A stretch of DNA of 64,000 bases from Candidatus Dormiibacterota bacterium (GTDB lineage: Bacteria > Acidobacteriota > Terriglobia > Acidiferrales > UBA7541), in contig DATNNV010000031.1 of NCBI GenBank assembly GCA_035601655.1, positions 561 to 64,560 on the forward strand. The letters run 5' to 3'. Position numbers and translations under genes: made by a program. The notes under the pieces are model-generated. The model was given only the letters and a program-made list of their open reading frames with translations, had not been told where the DNA came from and did not search any database. This document shows positions 20,162 to 29,533 of the stretch, one piece after another (position 1 is the stretch's first letter; each line of letters opens with the position of its first letter).

Positions 20162-20316
20162 AGTTTTGCGATTTTTTGCAGGAAGAGCGAAGGAGAGTGG
20201 GACTGCGTGCCCTCGCAGTATTACCCAGAAGTAAGTGTACCACAGAACGGGAAAAAGTCAAGGAAAATCGGAAGAGTGGGGGGCGGGTGGCGTGAGGGTG
20301 GTTGGTCGGTGGTAAG

Positions 20317-20347
20317 AAAAGCGGCGGCGAGCCGCCGCACTCCCAAA
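20317..20347. repeat. REP-like family B copy
   Basis: AAAAGCGGCGGCGAGCCGCCGCACTCCCAAA; relatives at 13464, 22225 and 24986. Confidence 0.75.
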
Positions 20348-20383
20348 AAAGACGGGCCGGGCACTTGCGTGCGCCGGCCCGTT
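20345..20383 (-). terminator. Rho-independent terminator of the lipoprotein gene
   Basis: GACGGGCCGG...CCGGCCCGTT hairpin followed by T6 on the minus strand. Confidence 0.6.
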
Positions 20384-20410
20384 TGCCTTTTGCGGAGGCG
20401 GGGAAAGTCG

Positions 20411-21895
20411 TTAGTGTTTGCGGACGGTGGCCGCGAGAAAGGGTTGCGAGACTTTAGTGGGGTTCAGGAAGAGAGCGCGAATGGAAACAGAGTCGCCAAC
20501 GGAGAGGCCGCCGATGTTGCCGCCGGTGACGTTGTCGAAGTTGGTCTGCGGAACGAAGGTCTGCACCTGGGGCGGGACGTTGGGGGTCCCAAAGAAGCTC
20601 TGGAAATTCTGGATGGTCAAGACATTGCCGGAGATAGTGGCGACGGTGCCGGTCAGGCGGCTGAAACGCAAGACCATGCGGTCAGCCAGGACGTTCACGA
20701 GGACGCCCGCGGCGGCCGGGGTCGCGGACTTCACGTGCACGAGCACGTTCTGGCCGTCGCTAATGTCGGTTGCGTCCAAGAAACCGGCGGGATTGGTAAT
20801 GCCCAGGTTACTGGTGTCTACTGCGAAAGTGGCGGCAGGGTCGAGAGTAACATTCAGAGTGAATCCCGGGCCCACAGGAGTAAGTACGGCGTTGGCGCTG
20901 GTCTGGATTTTGTCATTTACGATGAGGAGAAATTTGCCGGCCGTCGTGGTGTGGAAGATGGTGCCCTGGAGTTCGTCGGAAGCGGGAATATCGAGGAAAT
21001 CGACGTTGGTGAGGGCCACGGTACCGTCTGCGGCAACATTCCCGTCAACGCTTAGAGTTTGCCCGACAGCGACGCAGGCAAGGTTGAAATTGCCGCCGCA
21101 TGGCGCGGGGGTGGGCGGAAGGGGAGGCGGATCGAAGGTGGTGGTTGTGGAAGATGCCGTGCCGATGAAAGTGAGGCCAGCATTGTTTTGCAGGGTGATT
21201 TTGCCGCCGCTGACGGCGGTGACTTTTCCGAGGAAGTCCTGGAGGGTGTCGATGGTGCCGGAAGGCTGGCCGGTTCTCGGAAGGGTGATGGCGGTGAGGG
21301 CGCCGGTTTGTTTGAGGTCGAAGCTGAGGCCGCCGGTGGCAGTAAGGGCCTTGTTGAGATTGAGCTCGATGCCGAGCGAGGTGTTTTCGCCGCTGGTAAG
21401 GACGAGACCCTGACCGGAGAGGCCTGCCACCTTGGTAAGGTCAATCGAGAGTTGGCCTTGCGCACCGCCCGCAAAATTGCAGATCGTAAGGGTGTTGCAG
21501 CCGATGATGGTGGATCCGGAACCGTTGAACCAAACCCCGGACGGCGAATTGGTTACAAAGATGTTGAGCTTTGTGAAGGTGCCAGCGGGCACCTGGAACG
21601 TGCCGATGCCGGTAGAATCGCTTTGCAGACGAGTGAGCTCAAAGGTGGTGGAGGTGGAGAGCAGGTTCACGTCCGCGCCGGTGGTGGGCGTTAGGCTGAT
21701 GAGGCTGATCGGCATGTTGAGAGTTATGAAGGAGACGCCAGCCGGGGGTGCATCGAAGAGAGTGAGGGTGACGTTGGCGTTGCCGGCGACGTTGCAGTTG
21801 ACGGTGCAGACCTGTTGCTTTATGCCGCTGCAGGAAGACAGCGAGAGAGCTACGAGCGCTAGGAGCGCGAAGAGAAAAGAGTTCTTGCGGTTCAT
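20411..21895 (-). CDS. Putative lipoprotein, beta-rich (DUF4382/DUF5666-like)
   Basis: ATG 21895 gives MNRKNSFLFALLALVALSLSSC (lipobox-like), then VTLTLFDAPP and repeated GxVTAV/GTVATI strands. Domain names are by resemblance only. Confidence 0.7.
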   Translation of the reverse strand: MNRKNSFLFALLALVALSLSSCSGIKQQVCTVNCNVAGNANVTLTLFDAPPAGVSFITLNMPISLISLTPTTGADVNLLSTSTTFELTRLQSDSTGIGTFQVPAGTFTKLNIFVTNSPSGVWFNGSGSTIIGCNTLTICNFAGGAQGQLSIDLTKVAGLSGQGLVLTSGENTSLGIELNLNKALTATGGLSFDLKQTGALTAITLPRTGQPSGTIDTLQDFLGKVTAVSGGKITLQNNAGLTFIGTASSTTTTFDPPPLPPTPAPCGGNFNLACVAVGQTLSVDGNVAADGTVALTNVDFLDIPASDELQGTIFHTTTAGKFLLIVNDKIQTSANAVLTPVGPGFTLNVTLDPAATFAVDTSNLGITNPAGFLDATDISDGQNVLVHVKSATPAAAGVLVNVLADRMVLRFSRLTGTVATISGNVLTIQNFQSFFGTPNVPPQVQTFVPQTNFDNVTGGNIGGLSVGDSVSIRALFLNPTKVSQPFLAATVRKH

Positions 21896-22224
21896 TGGAT
21901 ACCCCATGGCGGAATTGATTTTGTTTGCCCACGTCCCATGGACACACGGATTCCCCGAATTAATGTAGCGCGGGAGGAGTGAAGGAGGCGGGGGTAAAAG
22001 GGAGCGGGTGTTCAAGTGTTAAATCAGGGAGGGGTGATGGGGAGTGGCGAGATGGGAGCTATGTGGGGGCGAATGGTGCGGCCAGGGTAAAGCCTGCGAT
22101 ACATAAGGCGGAATGGCGGCGACGGCTGGGTTGCGAATCTAAAGACTCGCCACTACGTGGGCTTGCTGTTTATGGTGGGAGGGTGGGAACGATTGGCGCT
22201 GCGGGATCGGGTTTCGGCGGACGG

Positions 22225-22254
22225 AAAAGCGGAGGCTAGCCTCCGCACTCCAAA
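22225..22254. repeat. REP-like family B copy
   Basis: AAAAGCGGAGGCTAGCCTCCGCACTCCAAA. Confidence 0.75.
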
Positions 22255-22301
22255 GGGGTGTGTTATGGTTGCGGATTCGATGGGATTGGGAAGGCTGGAC
22301 A

Positions 22302-24461
22302 TTGGCTAAGCGTGGGAATGGCAAGGGTGTGGTGGTGACGGGCGGCGCGGCGGGGGCGCGGGTGGAGCGGCGGTATGTGCCGTTAGAGGATGATCCGACG
22401 GTGGTTGGGGAGGGGATCGCGGATGGCGCCGGGGCAAACGGAAGCGCTGAGGATAACGGATCGCGGAGCACAGGCAAGAGTGCCTGTGCTACCGGGGCGG
22501 ACCCTGCAAAGGCGGGCGGCGGGGCGGGGGCGGTTACGATGCGGGAGGTGTTTGGGCCGGGGGGGTTGTTGGAGCGGTGCATGATGGGGGGGTATGAGCA
22601 CCGGGCTGGGCAGTTGGAGATGGCGGAGGCGGTGCATGATGCATTTGAGGGGCATCATCACGCGATTGTGGAGGCGGGAACGGGGACGGGGAAGACGCTG
22701 GCGTATTTGCTGCCGGCGATATGCAGCGGGCGGCGGGTGGTGATTTCGACGGCTACGAAATCGCTGCAGGAGCAGCTTTTTCAGAAGGATATTCCGTTTT
22801 TGCAGAAGCATTTTGCGCCGAACCTGAAAGTGGCGGTGATGAAGGGGCGGGCGAATTTCTTGTGCGTCGAGAAATTGAATCACATGCAGGACCAGGCTTT
22901 GCTGAAGGGCATGGACGAGATGGATGCGTTTCAGCAGATCAAAGGATGGTCGAAGCTGACGGAGACGGGAGACCGGGCGGAACTGACGTTTTTGCCGGAT
23001 GATTCGGAGTTGTGGTCGCGCCTCGATGCGCGCCGGGATACGTGCATGGGGCAGAAGTGTCCTTCGTTTGGGCCGTGTTTTGTGACGGGGATGCATCAAC
23101 GGGCCAAGGAAGCGGATTTGATTATCGTGAATCATCATTTGTTTTTCGCGGATCTAGCGCTGAAGCAGGACGATTTTGGGAGCATTTTGCCGGAGTATTC
23201 GGCGGTGGTGTTTGACGAAGCGCATGAGATGGAAGATGTGGCGAGCGATTATTTTGGGCGGCAGATTTCGAATTACCGGTTTGAGGAATTGGCGCGGGAT
23301 GCGGACATTGCGCTGCGATTGCTGAAATTGGGGACGCCGTCGTTGCTGCGTCGTACGCAGAAGATTCGGGAGAAGAGCCGGGCGTTTTTCGAGCTGTTTC
23401 CGGCGCGGGATGGGCGGTTTCCGTTTTCGCGGCAGGAACGCGAAGCGTTCTTGGAGCAGCATCGCGAGGGGTATGACGGGTTGGCATCGGCGCTGAAATC
23501 GGTGGAGACGGAATTTGCGGCCATGACGCAGAAGCCGGAGGAATTGCTGCGGCTGGGGCGGCGAAGCTTTGAGATGCGGCAGGAACTGGGGTTCTTGTTT
23601 GAATCGAATGAGAAGAATTATGTGTATTGGTACGAGCGGAGGAATAAGGGCGTGTTTCTGGCGGCGACGCCGATTGACGTGAGCCAGATTTTGCGGCAGC
23701 GGCTGTTCGAGCAGTTCGATACCGTGGTGCTGACATCGGCGACGCTGACGGTGGGAGGGCGATTTGAATTTATTCGGCAACGGCTGGGCATCGATCATGT
23801 GAAAGAGAATGCGTTGCCGCCGGAATTCGATTATCCGAAGCAGGCGCTGCTGTATTTGCCGCGGAATATGCCGGATGTGCGGAGTCCGGGATTTGCGGGT
23901 GGGGCGGCGGACGAAATTGTGAAGCTGCTGGAATTGAGCGAAGGGCGGGCGTTTTGTTTGTTCACGAGTTATTCGCAGATGAATGATTTGTACGAGCGGG
24001 TGCGCGGGCGGGTGAAGTTTCCGATGCTGCTGCAGGGGACGGCGCCGCGGTCGGCGCTGCTGGAACGGTTCAAGAATACAGATGGGGCGGTGTTGTTTGC
24101 CACGGCGAGCTTTTGGCAGGGAGTGGATGTGCCGGGGGAACAGCTTTCTTGCGTGATCGTGGACCGACTGCCGTTCGCGGTGCCCAGCGATCCGATCGTG
24201 GCGGCGCGAGTGGCGGCGTTGCAAGAGGAAGGGCGGAACGCGTTTGCGGAGTTTCAGGTGCCGGCGGCGGTGTTGGCGTTGAAGCAGGGATTTGGGCGGT
24301 TGATCCGGACGAAGACGGATCGCGGGGTGTTGGCGTTGCTCGATACGCGGATTCAGCGGATGCCGTATGGTAAAATTTTCTTGGCGTCGTTGCCGGGGTA
24401 TCGGGTGACGTCGGAGTTGGAGGATGTGGAGAGGTTTTTTGGGGTGGCTGGGCGCGGCTAG
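22302..24461 (+). CDS. DinG/YoaA-family ATP-dependent Fe-S DNA helicase
   Basis: EAGTGTGKT, DEAH, LTSATL, FWQGVDVPG, QGFGRLIR and Fe-S cysteines (NFLC...CMGQKC...C). Start uncertain (TTG 22302 or ATG 22539). Confidence 0.92.
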   Translation: MAKRGNGKGVVVTGGAAGARVERRYVPLEDDPTVVGEGIADGAGANGSAEDNGSRSTGKSACATGADPAKAGGGAGAVTMREVFGPGGLLERCMMGGYEHRAGQLEMAEAVHDAFEGHHHAIVEAGTGTGKTLAYLLPAICSGRRVVISTATKSLQEQLFQKDIPFLQKHFAPNLKVAVMKGRANFLCVEKLNHMQDQALLKGMDEMDAFQQIKGWSKLTETGDRAELTFLPDDSELWSRLDARRDTCMGQKCPSFGPCFVTGMHQRAKEADLIIVNHHLFFADLALKQDDFGSILPEYSAVVFDEAHEMEDVASDYFGRQISNYRFEELARDADIALRLLKLGTPSLLRRTQKIREKSRAFFELFPARDGRFPFSRQEREAFLEQHREGYDGLASALKSVETEFAAMTQKPEELLRLGRRSFEMRQELGFLFESNEKNYVYWYERRNKGVFLAATPIDVSQILRQRLFEQFDTVVLTSATLTVGGRFEFIRQRLGIDHVKENALPPEFDYPKQALLYLPRNMPDVRSPGFAGGAADEIVKLLELSEGRAFCLFTSYSQMNDLYERVRGRVKFPMLLQGTAPRSALLERFKNTDGAVLFATASFWQGVDVPGEQLSCVIVDRLPFAVPSDPIVAARVAALQEEGRNAFAEFQVPAAVLALKQGFGRLIRTKTDRGVLALLDTRIQRMPYGKIFLASLPGYRVTSELEDVERFFGVAGRG

Positions 24462-24477
24462 TGTCGCGTTGAGCTTC

Positions 24478-24539
24478 AGGGGCTAAAGCCCAGTTTGGTG
24501 GCTGGTTTAATGTCGGACCTAAAGGTCCGACCCCCTAAA
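24478..24539 (+). repeat. Paired REP-like hairpins (family C)
   Basis: GGGCTAAAGCCC and GTCGGACCTAAAGGTCCGAC-CCCCTAAA. A related inverted copy (GGGGGCTGAAAGCCCCCGCCTCCTAAA) lies at about 59540-59568. Confidence 0.6.
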
Positions 24540-24571
24540 GAGAACTGCGGCGGAGTTTCGATAGGAGAGAA

Positions 24572-24952
24572 ATGTTTCAGGTTAGCGTGGAAGAGACGTT
24601 TTCGGCGGGGCATGCGCTGCGGGGGTATCGCGGGAAGTGCGAGAACGTGCATGGACATAATTATCGTGTGCGGGTGACGCTGGAAGGGCCGGAGCTGGAT
24701 GGGATCGGCTTGCTGGTGGATTTTACGCGGGTGAAGCAGGTGGTGCGGGGGATTATGGGGGAGCTGGATCATCAGTTTATGAATGATCTGGAACCGTTCA
24801 AGACGGTGAATCCATCGGCGGAAAATGTGGCGAAGTATTTTTATGATGAGATTACGAGGCAGTTGACGGATTTGCCGGTGGGGGCGCGGGTGCGGGATGT
24901 GATTTTGTGGGAGACGGATACGAGCCGGGCGCAGTATCGGCCGGCGGTTTAG
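24572..24952 (+). CDS. queD: 6-carboxy-5,6,7,8-tetrahydropterin synthase
   Basis: FSAGH...KCENVHGHNY...LDHQFMN...NPSAEN...WET; AGGAG RBS. Confidence 0.93.
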   Translation: MFQVSVEETFSAGHALRGYRGKCENVHGHNYRVRVTLEGPELDGIGLLVDFTRVKQVVRGIMGELDHQFMNDLEPFKTVNPSAENVAKYFYDEITRQLTDLPVGARVRDVILWETDTSRAQYRPAV

Positions 24953-24985
24953 AAGCGCGCAGAACGGACGACGGCCGGGCGTCGG

Positions 24986-25015
24986 AAAAGCGGCGGCGAG
25001 CCGCCGCAGCCCAAA
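24986..25015. repeat. REP-like family B copy abutting the queE start codon
   Basis: AAAAGCGGCGGCGAGCCGCCGCAGCCCAAA directly followed by ATG 25016. Confidence 0.7.
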
Positions 25016-25693
25016 ATGTTTATAACGGAAATATTTAAGTCGATTCAGGGGGAGGGGACGCGGGCTGGGTTGCCGTGTGTGTTCGTGCGTTTGACGGGAT
25101 GCAATTTGCGGTGTACGTGGTGCGATACGGCGTATGCGTTTCATGGCGGGAAGAAGATGACGGTGGAAGAGGTGGTGGGGCGGGTGGGGGAGTTGGCGGG
25201 GCGCGATACGAGAGTGGTGCCGTTGGTGGAGTTGACTGGGGGGGAGCCGCTTTTGCAGGAGGGGATTTATCCGCTGGCGGAGCGGCTGGTGGCGGCGGGA
25301 TATACGGTGATGATGGAGACTAGCGGGGAACGGTTTGTGGGGCGGTTGCCGCGGGCGGTGATCAAGATTGTGGATGTGAAGTGTCCGGACTCGGGGGAGG
25401 CGGATACTTTTGAGTTGAAGAATCTCGCGGAGTTGAGCGGCGAGGATGAAGTTAAATTTGTGATTTCTTCGCGGCGGGATTATGAGTTTGCGCGGGAGTT
25501 TACGCGGGAGCATGGGTTGGCGGAGAAGGTAAAGGCGGTTTTGTTTTCGCCGGTGTTTGATGATCCGGAAGGGAAATGGAAAGGGTTGGAGGCGCGGACT
25601 TTGGTGGAATGGATTCTGGAGGATGGGTTGGCGGTGCGGCTGGGATTGCAGTTGCATAAGTTTGTTTGGGATCCGGCGACGAAAGGCGTGTGA
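25016..25693 (+). CDS. queE: 7-carboxy-7-deazaguanine synthase (radical SAM)
   Basis: EIFKSIQGEG, RLTGCNLRCTWCDT (CxxxCxxC), TGGEP and QLHK. Confidence 0.95.
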   Translation: MFITEIFKSIQGEGTRAGLPCVFVRLTGCNLRCTWCDTAYAFHGGKKMTVEEVVGRVGELAGRDTRVVPLVELTGGEPLLQEGIYPLAERLVAAGYTVMMETSGERFVGRLPRAVIKIVDVKCPDSGEADTFELKNLAELSGEDEVKFVISSRRDYEFAREFTREHGLAEKVKAVLFSPVFDDPEGKWKGLEARTLVEWILEDGLAVRLGLQLHKFVWDPATKGV

Positions 25694-25727
25694 AGTAAAG
25701 GAAGTACAGGATGTAAAGGAAATACAG
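25692..25727 (+). repeat. 9-bp tandem repeat x4
   Basis: GAAGTAAAG GAAGTACAG GATGTAAAG GAAATACAG. Confidence 0.75.
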
Positions 25728-25741
25728 GAACAGAGGGAATT

Positions 25742-26533
25742 GTGAGTAGCGGGAACGATCAGAGAAAAGCGGTGGTGCTGTTGAGCGGGGGGATGGATTC
25801 GTGTGTTTGCGCGGGGATGGCGATTGAGCGGCATAGGGCGGGGAATGTGGCGCTGGTGCATGCGAGCTATGGGCAGAGGACGGAAGCGCGGGAGCGGCGG
25901 GCGTTTAGCGAGATTGCGGATTTTTATGGCGTGGGGGAACGCGAGCGGCTAGTGGTGCGGCTGGAGCATTTTCGAGCGATTGGCGGGTCGGCGTTGACGG
26001 ATGAACGGATTGAGGTGCCGGAGAATGAGTTGGGCGCGGCGGCGGTGCGCGCGGATGGCGGCGGAGCGGCGAGCGCTGGTGCTATTCCGGTGACGTATGT
26101 GCCGTTTCGCAATGCGCATTTTCTTTCGGTGGCGGTGAGTTGGGCGGAAGCGATTGGGGCGGGGGCGATTTATATTGGAGCGGTGGAAGAAGATAGTTCG
26201 GGATATCCGGATTGCCGGCCGGAATATTACCGGGTGTTTCAGGAATTGATACGGGTGGGAACGAAGCCGGAGACGGAGATTGAGATAGTGACGCCGGTGA
26301 TCGGGATGAGGAAGAGCGAGATCGTGCGGTGCGGGGTGGCGCTGGGTGCGCCGCTGCATCTGACGTGGTCGTGCTATCAGAGCCAAGGTTGCCAAGGGGG
26401 CCAAGGTGGCCAAGGTGGCGAGGATTTGGCGTGCGGAGTGTGCGATAGTTGCGCGCTGCGGCTGCGCGCTTTTGCGGAAGCTGGAGTGGCGGACGCGATT
26501 TCGTACCGGCGGGCGATGGCGGCAGAGGGCTAG
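25742..26533 (+). CDS. queC: 7-cyano-7-deazaguanine synthase
   Basis: SGGMDS, YGQR, TYVPFRN, GYPDCR and TWSCY...CGVCDSC. Confidence 0.95.
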   Translation: MSSGNDQRKAVVLLSGGMDSCVCAGMAIERHRAGNVALVHASYGQRTEARERRAFSEIADFYGVGERERLVVRLEHFRAIGGSALTDERIEVPENELGAAAVRADGGGAASAGAIPVTYVPFRNAHFLSVAVSWAEAIGAGAIYIGAVEEDSSGYPDCRPEYYRVFQELIRVGTKPETEIEIVTPVIGMRKSEIVRCGVALGAPLHLTWSCYQSQGCQGGQGGQGGEDLACGVCDSCALRLRAFAEAGVADAISYRRAMAAEG

Positions 26534-26622
26534 GCTTGGAATTCGGGCAGGATGAGAGATAATAGGGCACACGCCAGCCGGAAGACGGGCAGGGGCTCCC
26601 CCAGCGAAAAGGAGAATCAGGC

Positions 26623-27792
26623 ATGAAGCGAATGGTGAAAACTTGGGTGCTCGCGGTGGCCGCGATTGCGGCGATCGCGTGTGCGTTTGCGCCGCGCGCG
26701 GCGGCACAGGGTGATGGATCGATCGCGGGACAAGTGATTGATGTGGCCGGAAAGCCGTGGGCGAATATCGGCATGCAAGCGGTGAGCGAGCAAGGCGTTA
26801 AGCAAGAAACGAAGACGGACAAAGATGGGAACTACGCGTTTCGCAGTTTGCGGAGCGGCGTTTATACGGTGATGGTGATTTTGCCGGCGCCGAACCCGCC
26901 GTTTGAGATCAAGTGCCGGGTGCAGGGCGGTCAAGAGACGAAAGTGAGCCCGAACTTCAAAGAGATCGTGGGCAAACAGGGAGCGGAAGCTGCGGAGCAG
27001 GTGAAGAAGCAGGAAGAGGAAAAGCAAAAGTTTGAGGGGATGAAAGGGCACTTCAGCGCGGGGACGGCGCTGTTAGAGCAGGAAAAGGCGGCGAAGGCGG
27101 AGTTGCAGAAAGCGGCGCCGGATCAACGGGATGCGGCGAAGCAGAAGTTGACGGAGCTTTCGAATCAGGCGTCGGCGGAATTTTCCGCGGCGCAGAAGGC
27201 GGCGCCGGAGAAAGACACGAACCAGCATTTGTTGTGGGCGAAGCTGGGGGAAAGCTACGACGTGGCGGGGCGGAATGACGAAGCGGCGCAAGCGTACCAG
27301 CAAGCGGTGACGGCGGCGGAAGCGATACCGAGCTTGAAGGGGCCGCAACTGGCGGGGTATTACAACAATTTGGGCAATGTGCTGGCGCGGGCTGGGAAGG
27401 TGGATGAAGCCAAAGTGGCGTACACGAAGAGCGCGGAAGTGGATCCGGCGAATGCGGCGACGGCGTGGCGGAACTTCGGGATCAGCTTGTACAACGCGAA
27501 CCGGCTGGCGGATGCGATCGAGCCGTTGCAGAAGGCGACGGAGATTGATCCGAAAAATGCGCAAGCGTGGTACTTGCTGGGAGCGTCGTTGCTGATGAAG
27601 ATGACGACGAAGCGAGTGGGAGACAAGGATCAGGTGCAACTAGCGCCGGGAACGATCGAGGCGTACCAGAAGGCGGTGGACCTGGATCCGAGCGGACCTT
27701 GGGGAGCCCAGGCGAAGCAAGGTCTGACGGACTTGCAAGCGATGGGCGCGGGCATCGACGTGAAAGTGAATATGAAAAAGAAAAAGTCGTAA
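26623..27792 (+). CDS. Secreted TPR protein with N-terminal carboxypeptidase-regulatory-like domain
   Basis: Signal peptide, GSIAGQVID...TKTDKDGNY and TPR motifs (YYNNLGNVLA, AWRNFGISLY, AWYLLG). Confidence 0.85.
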   Translation: MKRMVKTWVLAVAAIAAIACAFAPRAAAQGDGSIAGQVIDVAGKPWANIGMQAVSEQGVKQETKTDKDGNYAFRSLRSGVYTVMVILPAPNPPFEIKCRVQGGQETKVSPNFKEIVGKQGAEAAEQVKKQEEEKQKFEGMKGHFSAGTALLEQEKAAKAELQKAAPDQRDAAKQKLTELSNQASAEFSAAQKAAPEKDTNQHLLWAKLGESYDVAGRNDEAAQAYQQAVTAAEAIPSLKGPQLAGYYNNLGNVLARAGKVDEAKVAYTKSAEVDPANAATAWRNFGISLYNANRLADAIEPLQKATEIDPKNAQAWYLLGASLLMKMTTKRVGDKDQVQLAPGTIEAYQKAVDLDPSGPWGAQAKQGLTDLQAMGAGIDVKVNMKKKKS

Positions 27793-27813
27793 GAGAAAAG
27801 AGAAGTTCGAACG

Positions 27814-27851
27814 AGGCCGGCTTGCGGGAATGGAGCCGGCCTTTTCTTTTT
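27814..27851 (+). terminator. Rho-independent terminator; left boundary of the RiPP cluster
   Basis: AGGCCGGCT...AGCCGGCCT followed by TTTCTTTTT. Confidence 0.7.
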
Positions 27852-27872
27852 GGGATGGACGGCGGTTGCGGG

Positions 27873-28688
27873 CTATTTGTGGGTGAGGGTGCCGGTTGTT
27901 TTGGTGCGGCGGACGGCCCAAGCGAAAGCGCTCATGGATAGGGGAAGAAGAATCGCGGCGAAGAGGAGGAGAGCGACGAGCGGGCGCCAGAGTGAGGCGA
28001 GGGTGGCGCCTGTCAGCAGGGCGGCGCGCATGGCGTCGAGCGCGTAGGTGACGGGGTTGAGACGCGCGATTACTTGAAGCCACGCAGGAAGAATGGAAAC
28101 GGGAAAGAGCGTGCCTCCTACGATGCCGGTGATTCCGAGCACGAACCACTTCGCGGGATTGCCGCGCTTGAAGACGAGCAGGTAGCTGGAGGAGAGAATG
28201 CCGAGTCCGGAGAAGGCCAGCAGGGAAGCGAGAAGGACGGCGAAGACGGAAAGCCAATTCGCGGAACGCAGCGGGAAACCGAAGAGAATGGCGGACCAGA
28301 AGAAATAGACGGCGATGCGGAGAGTGGTGGCGACGAAAGGATAGAGCGCGGAACCGGCCACGAAAATGGGCAGGGAAGTTTGCGTGATGAGCAGGTGCTC
28401 GAGGGTGCCGGAATCGCGGGCTTCTTCGAGGCTATGATCGAAAGTGTCGAGGGCGGCGTTGAGATAGTCCAGAAAGACGAAACCGATAAGGGAGAAGGTG
28501 AAGTAGCTGCCGCCTTGCGGGAGAGCTTGCTGGAGTCCGGGGCTGTCGACGAAGCGCGCGACGTAATAGAAGGTGGCGGCACCGAAAAGGGCCTCGACGG
28601 CTTCGACGATAAACACGGTGCGATAGGAGCGCGCAATGGTTAGATCGCGCCAAAAGAACAGCCACATCTGGCGGAGTGCGGCGATCAT
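27873..28688 (-). CDS. ABC-2 type exporter permease (lasso cluster)
   Basis: About 6 TM helices, EEARDSGTLEHLL and FPVSILPAWLQVIARLNPVTYALDAMR. Confidence 0.9.
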   Translation of the reverse strand: MIAALRQMWLFFWRDLTIARSYRTVFIVEAVEALFGAATFYYVARFVDSPGLQQALPQGGSYFTFSLIGFVFLDYLNAALDTFDHSLEEARDSGTLEHLLITQTSLPIFVAGSALYPFVATTLRIAVYFFWSAILFGFPLRSANWLSVFAVLLASLLAFSGLGILSSSYLLVFKRGNPAKWFVLGITGIVGGTLFPVSILPAWLQVIARLNPVTYALDAMRAALLTGATLASLWRPLVALLLFAAILLPLSMSAFAWAVRRTKTTGTLTHK

Positions 28689-29533
28689 TCGACGGAAGCC
28701 TCGGTGTGAGGTTCGCCGCCGCGGCCGGTGAGGCGGAGAAAGACTTCTTCGAGCGTGGGCGCTGATGTGCGTCGCTGCAAAGCAGAGAGCGAGTCGCAGG
28801 CGAGCAAACGGCCGTGATCGATGATGGCAATGCGATCGGCGAGGCTTTCGACTTCGGGGAGGGTGTGGGAGGCGAAGAGAATGGAAGTGGCGCCGGGCTG
28901 AAGTACTTGCGTTTTGAGAAAGCGGCGGAACTCGGCGGCGGCGATGACGTCGATGCTGCGGGTGGGCTCGTCCAAGAGGAGTACGCGAGGACGATGGAGG
29001 AGAGCGCGGGCGAGGCTGAGGCGCTGAACGGTGCCGGAAGAAAGGGTGCGGACCTGGCGATCGAGGAATTCGCCAAGGGCGAACTGGGTGGCCAGCGTAG
29101 CGATGCGCTCTCGAGCCATGGAAAGGGAAAGGCCATTGAGCTGGCCGAAGAAAAGGAGATTTTGGCGAGCGGAGAGGCGCGGATAGAGGCCATGATCGGT
29201 GCCGGCGTGATAGCCGAGCTGGCGGCGGACGTCCCGCGAATGCGTGAGAGTGTCGTAGCCGGCGACGCGCGCGCGGCCGGCGGTGGGAAGGAGCAGGGTG
29301 GCGATAATGCGCAGGAGCGTGGACTTGCCTGCACCGTTGGCTCCGAGGAGGGCGACGGACTCGCCTTCGCGGACTTGCAGGGACACCTCCGCCAAGGCGG
29401 CGACGCTGGCTTTTTCAAAGGGCTGAAGGAAGGCGCGCCAACCGCTGCGCGCTGGCGGGAAGGACTTGTCGAGCGATTCGACGGAAATGGCGGGTGAAGT
29501 CACCAGGAGACTTATAGCGTGAGTGACGGGCAC
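28685..29533 (-). CDS. ABC exporter ATP-binding subunit (lasso cluster)
   Basis: GANGAGKST, LSSGTVQR, LLLDEP and SH switch. Start may be GTG 29503. Confidence 0.92.
   Translation of the reverse strand: MPVTHAISLLVTSPAISVESLDKSFPPARSGWRAFLQPFEKASVAALAEVSLQVREGESVALLGANGAGKSTLLRIIATLLLPTAGRARVAGYDTLTHSRDVRRQLGYHAGTDHGLYPRLSARQNLLFFGQLNGLSLSMARERIATLATQFALGEFLDRQVRTLSSGTVQRLSLARALLHRPRVLLLDEPTRSIDVIAAAEFRRFLKTQVLQPGATSILFASHTLPEVESLADRIAIIDHGRLLACDSLSALQRRTSAPTLEEVFLRLTGRGGEPHTEASVE

Noticed and set aside
19794-20200. CRISPR array or replication origin
   Set aside because: Units are degenerate with no regular unique spacers; no DnaA boxes (TTATCCACA) seen.
22302-24461. DinG as a type IV CRISPR accessory
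   Set aside because: No cas genes or repeat-spacer array anywhere in the window.
24462-24571. preQ1 riboswitch upstream of queD
   Set aside because: The hairpins match a dispersed REP-like family; no recognisable preQ1 aptamer with A-rich tail.
22302-26533. DinG helicase plus queDEC as a 7-deazaguanine DNA-modification (dpd) or QueC-based defence system
   Set aside because: No DpdA/TGT-like, DpdB-K, TatD or other defence genes nearby; the que genes look like ordinary queuosine-pathway enzymes.
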